DNA from: Candidatus Shapirobacteria bacterium
GTDB taxonomy: Bacteria > Patescibacteriota > Microgenomatia > UBA12405 > BS750m-G30
Direction: 5' to 3'
DNA length: 41,320 nt
Assembly: GCA_016783425.1 (NCBI GenBank)
Contig: JADHWP010000003.1
Location: forward strand, 1 to 41,320
Positions 18,981 through 29,289 of this stretch are shown here, piece after piece. Each line of letters starts with the position of its first letter. The stretch's first letter is position 1. The translations under genes were made by a program, and so were the position numbers. Below the pieces are notes generated by a model that worked only from the letters and a program-made list of their open reading frames with translations, had not been told where the DNA came from and made no database searches.

Positions 18981-20099
18981 TTATTTATAACCAATTGGCT
19001 TACTGGTCGGGGCCAGCTCTAAACTTAATCTTCTTCTTTGCTGGTCAACATGCTCAATAAAGCACTTTACTTTCTCCCCAGCCTTAAGAATGGTTGTGGG
19101 TGGAATTTTGCTAATATGAATTAGGCCTTCAATCCCCGGCTCTAAATTAACTAAAGCCCCGAAATTAGTAATTTCTACTATTTTCCCAGATACTGAAGTC
19201 TCGGGTGGATACTTTTTCTTGATATCCGCCCAAGGATCAGTTATTAGTCTTTTGATCGAAAACTGAAGTTTTTCTCCTATTTTATTTAAAAGAACTACTT
19301 TTACTTTATCCCCGGCTTTATAAATCCGGTTTAAACCAGCAACTTTCTCCCAAGAAACTTCAGAAATATGAACCAGGCCTTCTAGTTCTAACTCTTCTTT
19401 TTTGATAGAAATGGTAATAAAAAGACCAAAGGGCTCAACCCGCATAATTTTAGCTTCAAACTCTTTGCCTTCTTTTAAGTCTTCCATCATCTTTTTTTCC
19501 TTGGCCACTACTTTGGGCTCAGAAACCATGCGCTCGGAAAAAACTAATCTGTTTTTAGTTTGATCTACTTCCAAAACCCTAGCCTCGACTTGCCTACCCA
19601 CTAGATTGGCTGGATCGCCCTCAAATTTTTTCCCAATTTGGGAACCAGGAATAAAACCGAAAAGACCAAAAGGAGCAATTACCACCACCCCGCCCCGATT
19701 AACCTCTTTACCTTTAATTTTAACAGTGCTTTTTTCTTTTAAACTTTTTTGAAAAAACTGCCAAGATTGTTCAAAAGCAGTTTTACGTAAAGAAAGCAAA
19801 GTTTGGCCCCGCTCGTTCTCCAATACCCGAATTTGAACTTTAATTTTGTCTCCTACTTTAAGCTGAGAGGCAAAATCACTAACTAAACCCAACTCTTTTC
19901 CCGTAATAATCCCTTCGGTTTTCCCCCCAATATCTAAAAACAAGGTTTTGGGGCGCATTTCCACTACTGTTCCAATGACAAATTCACCACGGGAAAAAGT
20001 TTTTAAAGGAGTGGAGGATAAACTTAATAGCTCCTCCATAGTTTTAGGAGTAATTGAAGCTTTTACCTTACTCTTCTTTGTTTTTTGTACTTTTGACAT
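18981..20099 (-). CDS. rpsA: 30S ribosomal protein S1 (four S1 domains)
   Basis: Repeated S1 motifs (DIGGKTEGII, FGFIPGSQ, EGLVHISEVSW, EGLIHISK). Confidence 0.92.
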   Translation of the reverse strand: MSKVQKTKKSKVKASITPKTMEELLSLSSTPLKTFSRGEFVIGTVVEMRPKTLFLDIGGKTEGIITGKELGLVSDFASQLKVGDKIKVQIRVLENERGQTLLSLRKTAFEQSWQFFQKSLKEKSTVKIKGKEVNRGGVVVIAPFGLFGFIPGSQIGKKFEGDPANLVGRQVEARVLEVDQTKNRLVFSERMVSEPKVVAKEKKMMEDLKEGKEFEAKIMRVEPFGLFITISIKKEELELEGLVHISEVSWEKVAGLNRIYKAGDKVKVVLLNKIGEKLQFSIKRLITDPWADIKKKYPPETSVSGKIVEITNFGALVNLEPGIEGLIHISKIPPTTILKAGEKVKCFIEHVDQQRRRLSLELAPTSKPIGYK

Positions 20100-20743
20100 A
20101 ATTCATATTTCTCCTTTCAATATTTATTTTTCAAGTAGAAACTTTTTCTACTTCTACTTATTTTACCAGGTAAGAACATATTCTTACCTTAATTGACCAA
20201 AAATCAGATTGTTGAGATTAAAAAAGAAAAATCTTGCTCGGTTGATAGGTACAGCTTGGCTTAAACTATTACTAGTCTTACACCGGCTGCCCATGCCCAG
20301 TAGTCTCCTGGGAACCTGATAATGATTCCTAATCTCGGGGTGGGCTTCCCGCTTCAGATGCTTTCAGCGGTTATCCTTTGGAAACATAGCTACCCGACAA
20401 TGCTCTTGACAGAACAATCGGTACACCAGAGGTTTCCCCAACCAGGTCCTCTCGTACTGTGGTCAGCTCCCCTCAAGAATCAACGGTTACTGCGGATAGA
20501 GACCGAGCTGTCTTACGACGCTCTGAACCCAACTAACGCGGCGCTTTAATGGGCGAACAGACCAACCCTTGGCCACTTCTTCATGGCCAGGATGCGCCAA
20601 GTCGACATCGATGTGCCGATCCGGGCCGTCTATATGGACTATCGGGCCCGACCAGCCTGTTATCCCCGGGGTAGTTTTTATCCGTTAAGCCCCATGTTTA
20701 ACCATTCAAGCATGGGGGATCACTAAGACCTGCTTTCGCATCT

Positions 20744-20819
20744 CTCCGACGTAACGTCGGAGTGGTATCACCTTAAATCTCTTCAATCTATTGAATGAAA
20801 GAAATAAAAGGATTAACCA
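20744..20819 (-). other. 76-nt insertion in 23S domain V (near E. coli ~2370)
   Basis: Splits conserved GAGC|AGATGCGAAAGCAGG; forms two hairpins. Confidence 0.75.
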
Positions 20820-21993
20820 GCTCGACTTGTAAGTCTCGCAGTTAGGCTAGCTTCTGGCTTTGCCCTTACAGTTCGGTTTCCATCCGAACTAAGCTAACCT
20901 TTGTACGCTCGCGCTACCTTTTAGCAAGCGGCTGCCCCAGCCAAACTGACCACCAAACACTGTCCCTGTCCGAGTATTCATCGGACTTAGGTGAGACGCA
21001 AACATGATAAAGGGTGGTATTCCACTGGTCTCCGACGTAACGTCGGAGTCCCACCTATTCTCGACAATTACCAAATTCTAATCAATGTTAAGTTTCAGTA
21101 AAACTCCACGGGGTCTTTTTGTCCTGCAGTAACTAACCGGCATATTCACCGGTATTTCAATTTCGCCGGATGAAGGGTCGAGACAGTTGCTCGGTCGTGA
21201 AGCCTTTCATACTGGTCTGAACTTACCAGACAATGGACTTCGCTACCTTTGGATCCTTAGAGTTAGGACCGTCGTTCACCAGGGCTTCAGTTTGAGGCAG
21301 GTCGAAATTTCGACCCACCACGCCCCTTAACCTTCTGGCACCGGACAGGCTTCAGCCCCTATACTTCCCCTTACGGGTTTGCAGAGACCTGTGTTTTTGA
21401 TAAACAGTCGCCGAGCACTCGTTCGCTGCGGCCCCGCAGTTGCGGGGCAAGGCATCTCCCGAAGTTACGCCTAGCTTTTTTGCCGAGTTCCTTGACCCTC
21501 CTTCTTCCGATCGTCTTAGTATACTCAACCTGCCCACCCGTGTCGGTTTTCGGTACGAACGCTATTTTTTCTCCCAACGAAGCTTTTCTGGGTACCAGAA
21601 CCCGATAGGATTTCCCAAACAAGTTTGGAATTCCGGCAAGTCTTACTTTAAAACGGAATGGCGGATTTGCCTACCACTCCTAGCTCAACTAACCGATGCG
21701 GCAATTTCACTGCCACACCCCACCTCTCCCGATACGTCCCTCCCTTGGTAGTAACGAAAAAACAACGGGGCTGGAATATTAACCAGCTGTCCATCCACTA
21801 CCCCCGCATGTTGCGGGACTCATGTTAGGCTCGCCTAACCCTCAGACGACGAACGTGGCTGAGGAAACCTTGGGCTTTCGACGATTTAGATTCTCACTAA
21901 ATTTACGCTACTCATGCCGGCATTCTCGCTTCCCAGCGCTCCACCCCGCCTCACAGCGGGACTTCACTGCCCTGGGAACGCTCCCCTACCAAC

Positions 21994-22160
21994 TCGCTCG
22001 TAGAGCGGGAAATTCCAAATCACAAATTCCAAGATACAAACAATAAATTACAAATCCCCAAGTAATCCAAACTGGATGTTTAGAGATTGGAATTTGGTTA
22101 ATTGTAATTTGTCTGGAATACTTGGTACTTGGTTATTGAAATTTTTTGTTCTACGAACGA
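21994..22160 (-). other. 23S intervening sequence at helix 45 (heptamer-repeat hairpin)
   Basis: Lies between GAACGCTCCCCTACC and TTCGGTG...TTTAGCC; GC clamp plus AAATYHC-type repeats and their complement. Confidence 0.88.
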
Positions 22161-22802
22161 ATTCTCCGTTTTCGGTGGTCTGCTTTAGCCTCGATAAATT
22201 TTCGGCGCAACCTATCCTCCGCCAGTTGGCGGATCGACCAGTGAGCTGTTACGCTTTCTTTAAAGGATGGCTGCCTCTAAGCCAACCTCCTGGCTGTCTA
22301 GGATCGATCACTTCCTTCCCCACTTAGCAAGACACTTAGAGACCTTAAACGGGAGTCTGGGTTGTTTCCCTTTCGCCCAACCAGCTTAGCCCGGCTGGAC
22401 TGACTACCTGATAACACTACTCGGTATTCGGAGTTTGGTTGAACACCGGAGATCGCTCCCCAAATGCTCATTCAGTCGCTCTACCCCCAAGTAGATAAAT
22501 TCAGGCGCTATACCAATATATATTTCGGGGAGAACCAGCTATTTCCAAGTTCGATAAGCATATTACCTCTAACCACAGGTCATCCGAAGGGTTTGCAGCC
22601 CCTACCGGTTCGGGCCTCCTTCCGACTTTCGTCGGAATTCACCCTGCCCATGGTTAGCTCACTTGGTTTCGGGTTTTCCGCCAGCCGCTTATATGTCGCC
22701 TTATTCAGACTCGGTTTCCCTACGCCTCCGGTTTGTAAAAACCTTAGACTTGCGGATGACGAAAACTCGCCGGCTCATTCTTCAATAGGCACGACATTAC
22801 TC

Positions 22803-22961
22803 GCCTGCAGGGCGAGAAAATCACAATATTCAAATAACAAGATCCAAACAAAATTCAAATACCAAAATTCAAACTATGAAATCTTAACATTTGAAATTTG
22901 GAAAATTGGTTATTGTTTGAGATTTGACTATTGGAACTTGAGATTTCCTGGTCCTACAGGC
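22803..22961 (-). other. 23S intervening sequence at helix 25 (heptamer-repeat hairpin)
   Basis: Lies between AGGCACG and GTTTCAG...TTTCACTCCCC; same architecture. Confidence 0.88.
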
Positions 22962-23015
22962 AAGCTCTGTCTGTTTGTTAGCAAATAGTTTCAGATTCTA
23001 TTTCACTCCCCTTCC

Positions 23016-23046
<31 letters not shown>

Positions 23047-23255
23047 ATACGCTATCGGTCAATAAGAGTATTTAGCCTTTCCGGATGGCCCCGGAAGATT
23101 CCCACGAAGTTTTGCGTGTTCCGTGGTACTCAGGTACTCTGGCCAAACTTAGTCAAATTTCATCTACAGGACTTTCACCTTCTTTGGTAGACCAATTCCA
23201 GGCCTTTTGATTATCTTTTCAGTTTGGACTATCAGAGCCCTACAACCCCCACCTC

Positions 23256-23416
23256 GCGCTCCGCGCGAGAAACTCCAAGCTCCAAATTCTAAATCCTAAA
23301 CAAGATCCAAATTACAAATTCAAAATTCCAAAATAATTTTTGGAAATTGAAAATTGATTATTGGCCATTGTTTGGAAATTGAAAATTGAAAATTGAAAAT
23401 TGCTCGTGCGAAGCAC
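23256..23416 (-). other. 23S intervening sequence in a domain I variable helix (~E. coli 270; heptamer-repeat hairpin)
   Basis: Lies between CCTACAACCCC and GGTTTGGGCT; same architecture. Confidence 0.85.
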
Positions 23417-23755
23417 AAAGCAGGTTTGGGCTTCTCCCTTTTCGCTCACCGCTACTAAGGGAATAATTATTATTTTCTTTTCCTCTGGGTACTAAGATGT
23501 TTCAGTTCCCCAGCTTACCCCCCCGACGTTACGTCGGGGTCCTCCGATTCAACATCGAAGGGGGTTATCCCATTCGGACACCGCCGGATCACAGGTTACA
23601 GACACCTCCCCGACGCATATCGCCGTCTGTCGCGTCCTTCTTCGGCTCTTATCACCAAGGCATCCACTATTTGCTTCTTTGCAAGATTCTATCTTTTTTT
23701 TCAACAATCTGATTCTTTAGTCAATTACTTTACTTTTAAGTTGTCAAGGTGCGGG

Positions 23756-23830
23756 TGGACCGAGGCGGGCTCGAACCGCCGACCTGTCCGATGCAAACGG
23801 ACTGCTCTAATCCGACTGAGCTATCGGCCC
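23756..23830 (-). tRNA. tRNA-Ala(TGC), CCA not encoded
   Basis: Acceptor GGGCCGA/TCGGTCC with G3:U70; anticodon arm GTCCG-TTTGCAT-CGGAC. Confidence 0.97.
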
Positions 23831-23868
23831 CGAAAACAAATAACTTCAGTTTTCAAGTGGTTTTTAAT

Positions 23869-23897
23869 AAGAAAAAACCGGGGCAATCCCGGTTTCT
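23869..23897 (-). terminator. intrinsic terminator within the rRNA leader
   Basis: AAACCGGG-ATTGC-CCCGGTTT followed by TTTCTT. Confidence 0.75.
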
Positions 23898-23921
23898 AAA
23901 CTTTATGAAGACACACGCTTC

Positions 23922-23969
23922 CTACATAATCAATATTTTTTTGGTTAAGAATTGTGTTTTTCTTCTCAT
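23922..23969 (-). CDS. putative 15-aa leader peptide MRRKTQFLTKKILIM
   Basis: ATG...TAG between the promoter and the terminator; no SD. Confidence 0.4.
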   Translation of the reverse strand: MRRKTQFLTKKILIM

Positions 23970-24027
23970 TAAGTCGAATGCCGGGACTAAGCCCGAAAAA
24001 ACTACTCTTTTTTAAAAGAGTGTCCTT

Positions 24028-24056
24028 ATTATATAGAGGCAAGCCTACCCTGTCAA
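24028..24056 (-). promoter_or_regulatory. consensus sigma70 promoter of the tRNA-Ala/23S unit
   Basis: TTGACA-17 nt-TATAAT, a perfect match. Confidence 0.9.
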
Positions 24057-24099
24057 CTGGAATCTCTATGTAGTATTACTTCTCAATTATCCTCTTGGT

Positions 24100-24307
24100 T
24101 TAACGTCTCAATTGTCTACTTTAAATCATCTAAAAACTTTTACGCTAATGCTAGATCCTTCGCTTACACTCAAGATGACAATTAGCCGTCATTCTGAATT
24201 CAGTTCAGAATCTTAAACAATGAAAGAATAGATCCCGAAACAAGTTCGGGATGACACTTGGCGTGGACAGTTCAGATGTCAAAAAAGGGTGACAATTGAG
24301 ACGTTAA
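24100..24307. mobile_element. MITE-like element with internal REP-like palindromes
   Basis: Perfect 17-bp terminal inverted repeat TTAACGTCTCAATTGTC (24100-24116 / 24291-24307); no ORF. Confidence 0.8.
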
Positions 24308-24345
24308 GTTACATTAAAGTCTCCTTTTTTGTGCTAGAATGAAGT

Positions 24346-25104
24346 ATGGATTTAAAACAAGCTTTAATTCAACAACCTCTTTTTGCTTTTAATTTGGATG
24401 ATTTTACGATTTTTAAGGCCGTTTCCTCGGCCTTGGCTGAAAAAAAAGCTCCGGCTATTTTTCAACTATCTCCTGGCGAAGCTGATTTTTGGGGCCTGGA
24501 AAATTTTGTTAATTTATTAAAACCCCATCAAAGTAAAGGCCTTTTTTTAAATATTGACCATGGCAAAGATTTAAATCTTTTAGAAAAAGCTATTGGCCTA
24601 GGTTTTGACCTAATTCATTTTGACGGTTCAAGTTTGCCTTGGGAAGAGAATATCGGTCAAACAGCTAAAATAGTAGAGATGGCCCACGCCAAGGGCGTTT
24701 TGGTTGAAGGTGAGCCTGAACCGGAAAACACTGATCCTCAAAAAGTAGCGGAATTTGTTAGCAAAACCAAGGTTGATTTAATTGCCGTTTTTTGCGGCAA
24801 TAAGCATGGCCTTGACCCTGCCAATCCCGAAAACTTAGATCTTGAAAGATTGCGAAAAATAAAAAAAGCAGTTGGCGAAACTCTCCTTGCCTTGCACGGC
24901 GGCTCCGGCGTACCTTTAGAACAGATAAAACAGGTAATGAATGAGAGGTTAGTGGCTAAAATTAACATTAATAGCTTACTGCGAAACACCTACTTTCAAG
25001 CCCTAAAAGAACAACTAGCTCAATATCAAGGAAAAAAAGTGTACGAATTATTAAAACCAGTTTCTGAAAAAATTTCTCAAAAAGTAATAGAATTATTAGA
25101 ATAA
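24346..25104 (+). CDS. fba: class II fructose-bisphosphate aldolase (short form)
   Basis: AFN, IDHG, FDGS, VEGE, GNKHG, LHGGSG, KININ. Confidence 0.9.
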   Translation: MDLKQALIQQPLFAFNLDDFTIFKAVSSALAEKKAPAIFQLSPGEADFWGLENFVNLLKPHQSKGLFLNIDHGKDLNLLEKAIGLGFDLIHFDGSSLPWEENIGQTAKIVEMAHAKGVLVEGEPEPENTDPQKVAEFVSKTKVDLIAVFCGNKHGLDPANPENLDLERLRKIKKAVGETLLALHGGSGVPLEQIKQVMNERLVAKININSLLRNTYFQALKEQLAQYQGKKVYELLKPVSEKISQKVIELLE

Positions 25105-26042
25105 TGAGCAACACTTTTGACGCTATTACCTTTGGCTCGGCCACCATTGATGTTTTTTTGGAAAGCCCGCAATTTGGTAAAAAACTTGAGTTGGCCTATG
25201 ACTCTAAAATTGAAGTTGAGCAAAAGCTAGTTTCTTGCGGTGGAGGAAGCACTAACGTGGCAGCTGGACTATCTCGTTTGGGCTTAAAAACAGCCGCAGT
25301 AGCCCGCTTGGGCCAAGATCAATTTGCCCCCTTAGTAAAAGAGGAACTAATAAAAGAAAGAGTGGAGGTTAGGTTACTTTGTATCAAGCCCGGAGATAAA
25401 ACTGACTCTTCAACCATTTTGGTAAATTCTTCAGGGCAAAAGGTAATTTTAGTTTCCCGCGGACCCACCAGACTGGAAGCCCAGGATATTAACTGGAGCC
25501 AACTTTCGGCCAAACAGTTCCATATCGCTTCTTTAGAAGGAAATTTAAAACTCGCCTCAAAACTAATTAACTATGCCAACAACCACGATATAAAAGTATC
25601 CTGGAACCCGGGCTCCCGCGAACTGGCTCAAAAAAACAAGCTCATTACTTTGCTTAACAAAATTGATATTTTAATTCTTAATCAGGAAGAAATAGAAAAG
25701 CTAACGGGATTAAAAATGACTAACCCCTTTTTTTGGCCGGAAATTTACAAACTCCCCGTTCCCCTGCTTACTATTACCCAAGGCCAAAAAGGATGTTTTT
25801 TGGCTTTTCCCGAACAAAAGCAAAAAACTCATCTTAAGGCAATTAAAACCAAAGTAATCGAAACTACCGGCGCGGGCGATGCTTTTTGCGCCGGCTTAAT
25901 TGCCGGTTTGTTTTATCAGGAAACTGCCCAGGAAGCCGCTCTTTGGGGGCTAGCTAACGGCGCTTCGGTTGTGGCTCAATATGGAGCCAAGGCTGGTTTA
26001 CTAACTCGGGGAGGGATAAAAAAATGGTTGAAAAAACGCTAA
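25104..26042 (+). CDS. PfkB family carbohydrate kinase
   Basis: GGGSTNVA..LSRLG and ETTGAGDAF. Confidence 0.93.
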   Translation: MSNTFDAITFGSATIDVFLESPQFGKKLELAYDSKIEVEQKLVSCGGGSTNVAAGLSRLGLKTAAVARLGQDQFAPLVKEELIKERVEVRLLCIKPGDKTDSSTILVNSSGQKVILVSRGPTRLEAQDINWSQLSAKQFHIASLEGNLKLASKLINYANNHDIKVSWNPGSRELAQKNKLITLLNKIDILILNQEEIEKLTGLKMTNPFFWPEIYKLPVPLLTITQGQKGCFLAFPEQKQKTHLKAIKTKVIETTGAGDAFCAGLIAGLFYQETAQEAALWGLANGASVVAQYGAKAGLLTRGGIKKWLKKR

Positions 26043-27001
26043 GTTTTGCCAGAAAAAAACTAATTAGTCCTCAAAAAAATAAGAAAAAGAGAGATTTAAT
26101 TAAAGAGCGCAAAATTATTGGTTGGACGCTTTTAATCAGTATTGGCTTAAGCGCTCTTTTTTACCTGGCCGCTAACAAGCCAAAGGTTAATTTTAGTTTT
26201 AAACTCCCCTCCTTTTCCAGCCCTCTTCCCAAAAACCCTTCTATTGGGAAAAAGGCGCCAGCGCAACTGGAGAGTTTAGTCTTTGAAATTATTGGCCAAG
26301 ATAAAGAAAGCTGGGCCATTTGGGTAGAAGATTTAGAAAATGATTTTATCTGGAGTTATCAGGATAAAAAAATCTTTCCGGCTGTTTCTTTAATAAAACT
26401 ACCCGCCATAACCACTCTTTATCAACTAATTGAACAAAAAAAGTATCAGTTAGATCAGGAAATGATTCTAACCAAAGAGGATATTCGCGGCGGAGCGGGA
26501 AGCTTAAACAGTCAGCCAATCGGAACAAAATTAACCTTAGAAGAATTGGCCCGCCTTTGTTTAAACCAATCGGACAACACCGCCTTTGCCATGGTTAAAA
26601 GATTACTCACTAACCAAACTATTTCCAGAAATACCTTCTCTTTGGGTTTAATTAATACTTCTTTGGAGGAAAATACCACTACCGCTCAAGACATGGCTCT
26701 GTTTTTTAAACTGCTTTATCAGGGTGAGCTTTTAAACCAGGAGTTTACTAATAAGCTTATAAATCACTTGACCGACACTGCTTTTGAAAACCAAATTCCC
26801 CAGGGGGTGCCCCAGGGAATAAAAGTGGCTCATAAAGTAGACATAGAAATAGACAGCCTGGCGGATGCGGGGTTAATTTTAGTTCCCCAAAGACCAATTA
26901 TTCTCGTTTTTCTCACTAAAAGCTTAAATCAAACTGAAGTTGAAAAAACCATGGTTGATCTGACCCGCGAAATCTACTGGTTTTTGGTTTCTGCTGATTG
27001 A
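26024..27001 (+). CDS. membrane-anchored class A beta-lactamase-like serine hydrolase
   Basis: TM, SLIK (SxxK), SDN and NTTTA; AHKV in the KTG position. Confidence 0.85.
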   Translation: MVEKTLSFARKKLISPQKNKKKRDLIKERKIIGWTLLISIGLSALFYLAANKPKVNFSFKLPSFSSPLPKNPSIGKKAPAQLESLVFEIIGQDKESWAIWVEDLENDFIWSYQDKKIFPAVSLIKLPAITTLYQLIEQKKYQLDQEMILTKEDIRGGAGSLNSQPIGTKLTLEELARLCLNQSDNTAFAMVKRLLTNQTISRNTFSLGLINTSLEENTTTAQDMALFFKLLYQGELLNQEFTNKLINHLTDTAFENQIPQGVPQGIKVAHKVDIEIDSLADAGLILVPQRPIILVFLTKSLNQTEVEKTMVDLTREIYWFLVSAD

Positions 27002-29160
27002 TCTTCTTCTTTAGCTAAAAACCAGGAAGAGGAGCAATGTTCCTGGGGTGCGGTTCCCTGCAAAAAATATTCCTCGCCCACTTGCGGACAACCTTCGCAA
27101 GCAAGGGTGCCGGTTGAACGGCAAATGGGAATTTTAACTATATTTTCCGGTGTTTCCCAGCCGGTGTTGGGATATGCTTCCAGCATTAGATCAGTAATTC
27201 TTCTCCAAATAGGAGTAGCGCCGGTAATCCCCGAGGCAATCCGACTCATGGGAGTATTGTCGTTATTGCCCACCCAAACCGCCACTAAAAATTCGGGCGT
27301 GTAGCCAATCGCCCAGTTATCCCGCAAACCATTACTGGTTCCGGTTTTCACCGCCACTTTCTGATTAGGAATATTAAGCAGGGAATTTAAGCTAAAAGCC
27401 CGAGCTCGAGCATAATTATCGGAAAGAATATCATTAAGCAAAAAGGCTACCCCGGAATCTAAAACTAACTCTTTCTGGCCTTGATTTTTTAACTCATATA
27501 ATTTTTTTTCTCCGACCGAAGGCTTAACGGTTAAAAAGGGAGTTAACTCAACCTTGTTTCCCAAATTGGCCAAAACACTATAAGCTTGAGCCAAATCAAT
27601 CATTTTCACTTCTCCGCCCCCTAAGGTTAAAGAAAGGCCAAAGCGGGAGCGATCCGCCCAGGTAGTAATTCCCATTAGCTCTCCCTGTTTAATCATTTCT
27701 TCTACTCCCAAAGCGGCCAACACTTTTACCGCCGGAATGTTAAAAGAAGAAGCTAAAGCGGTGCGCAAAGAAACATTGCCATGGTATTGGCCATCATAAT
27801 TTTGGGGCGAATAAGGCTCCTGGTAAGGCAAGTGAAAGGTAATAGCCGTATCCGGAATAATGGTGGCCGGGGTAAAACCGCTTTGCAAGGCTTTAGCGTA
27901 ATTAATCACCTTGATCGCCGAGCCAGGCTGACGCGAACTTAAGGTAACATTAACATTCCCATCATTGGTAAAATCAAAATAATCTTTACTCCCCGCCATG
28001 GCCAAAATCTCCCCGGTTTTGGGCCGAATAATTAAAGCCGCCCCGTTCCCCACTCCTAAATGGGCAATATGACCTAACTCTTCTTTAATAATCTGCTCAA
28101 CTTGTCGTTGCAGATCCAGATCCAAACTGGTGACTACTTCCAGGCCCCCCTCCTCTAAAGTTTGCTCTCCCCATTTCTCCACCAGCAAATCCTTAACATA
28201 AAAAACAAAATGGGGCGCTTTTAAAGAATCATTGCTTAAACTTAAACGCAAAGGCTCTTGAGTCGCATTCTCTGCTTCACTTTCGGTTAAATAACCCGTT
28301 TCCACCATCGCCGACAACACCCGTCCTTGTCTTTCTTTAGCTAAAGTAGGGTAAGCCCCAAAAGGAGAAAAGCGGGTGGGCCCGGCGGGCAAACCAGCAA
28401 GTAAAGCGCCTTCGGCCAAATTAACATTTCGTACCGATTTGGCAAAATATTTTTGCGCCGCCTCTTCAATCCCGTAAGCAGTTCCGCCGTAAGACACTTC
28501 ATTAAAATACATTTGCAGAATCTCGTCTTTGGAAAAGCGCTGTTCTGCTAAAATAGCTAAAATCGCTTCCTTTATTTTTCGCCGCCAACTTTTTTCAAAA
28601 TCCAAAAGGGCGTTTTTCACCAGCTGTTGGGTAATGGTGGAACCGCCCACCGGCGCTTTTTGAGGATTGGTCAAATTGTGCTTTACCGCTCTTGCTATTC
28701 CTCGCCAGGACAAACCACTGTGATTATAAAATTCCCGGTCTTCAACCGCAATGGTCGCCTCAATTACAAAATCCGGAATCTCGTTCAAAGGGATTAAGGT
28801 TCGATTTTCCTCATGGTAAATTTTGTAAAGCAAATTTCCCTTACGATCGTAAATCTTGGTGGTTAGCGCCAAAGGGCGATCAATTAACTTTTGCGGAGAG
28901 GGCAAATCTTTTAAGATATTTAAGTAAAAGCCCCAAAAAGTAATCAGAGCCAGAGTAACGCCCAAAAACAAACTTAACCAGGAGCGCCGAAAACTAACCT
29001 TAGGAAAAGGGATCTTCGGGAGGAAAGAAAACAAGGGAAGCAAAATCAAACTGCCGACTTTTTGAAAAGTTACCAAAGCAAAACGCAAAAAAAGATAAAT
29101 AGGCCGACCGAGCCAATTTAATATTTTTATTATAAACAGTAAAAAGGGTGAGAAAAACAT
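26974..29160 (-). CDS. class A penicillin-binding protein (PBP1A family)
   Basis: EDREFYNH, GGSTITQQLVKN, RKIKE; SAIK, SFN, KTG. Confidence 0.95.
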   Translation of the reverse strand: MFFSPFLLFIIKILNWLGRPIYLFLRFALVTFQKVGSLILLPLFSFLPKIPFPKVSFRRSWLSLFLGVTLALITFWGFYLNILKDLPSPQKLIDRPLALTTKIYDRKGNLLYKIYHEENRTLIPLNEIPDFVIEATIAVEDREFYNHSGLSWRGIARAVKHNLTNPQKAPVGGSTITQQLVKNALLDFEKSWRRKIKEAILAILAEQRFSKDEILQMYFNEVSYGGTAYGIEEAAQKYFAKSVRNVNLAEGALLAGLPAGPTRFSPFGAYPTLAKERQGRVLSAMVETGYLTESEAENATQEPLRLSLSNDSLKAPHFVFYVKDLLVEKWGEQTLEEGGLEVVTSLDLDLQRQVEQIIKEELGHIAHLGVGNGAALIIRPKTGEILAMAGSKDYFDFTNDGNVNVTLSSRQPGSAIKVINYAKALQSGFTPATIIPDTAITFHLPYQEPYSPQNYDGQYHGNVSLRTALASSFNIPAVKVLAALGVEEMIKQGELMGITTWADRSRFGLSLTLGGGEVKMIDLAQAYSVLANLGNKVELTPFLTVKPSVGEKKLYELKNQGQKELVLDSGVAFLLNDILSDNYARARAFSLNSLLNIPNQKVAVKTGTSNGLRDNWAIGYTPEFLVAVWVGNNDNTPMSRIASGITGATPIWRRITDLMLEAYPNTGWETPENIVKIPICRSTGTLACEGCPQVGEEYFLQGTAPQEHCSSSWFLAKEEDQSAETKNQ

Positions 29161-29289
29161 GGTAATTTTTAAAGGGCAATAAAAATATTATACCGCCAAA
29201 AACAGAAAAATAATACAGGTAGTTTGGGAAAAAGGGGTTCTAAAATCTATTTCTTCTTAACACGGTTAAGCATTTTTAAGTATTCTTCT

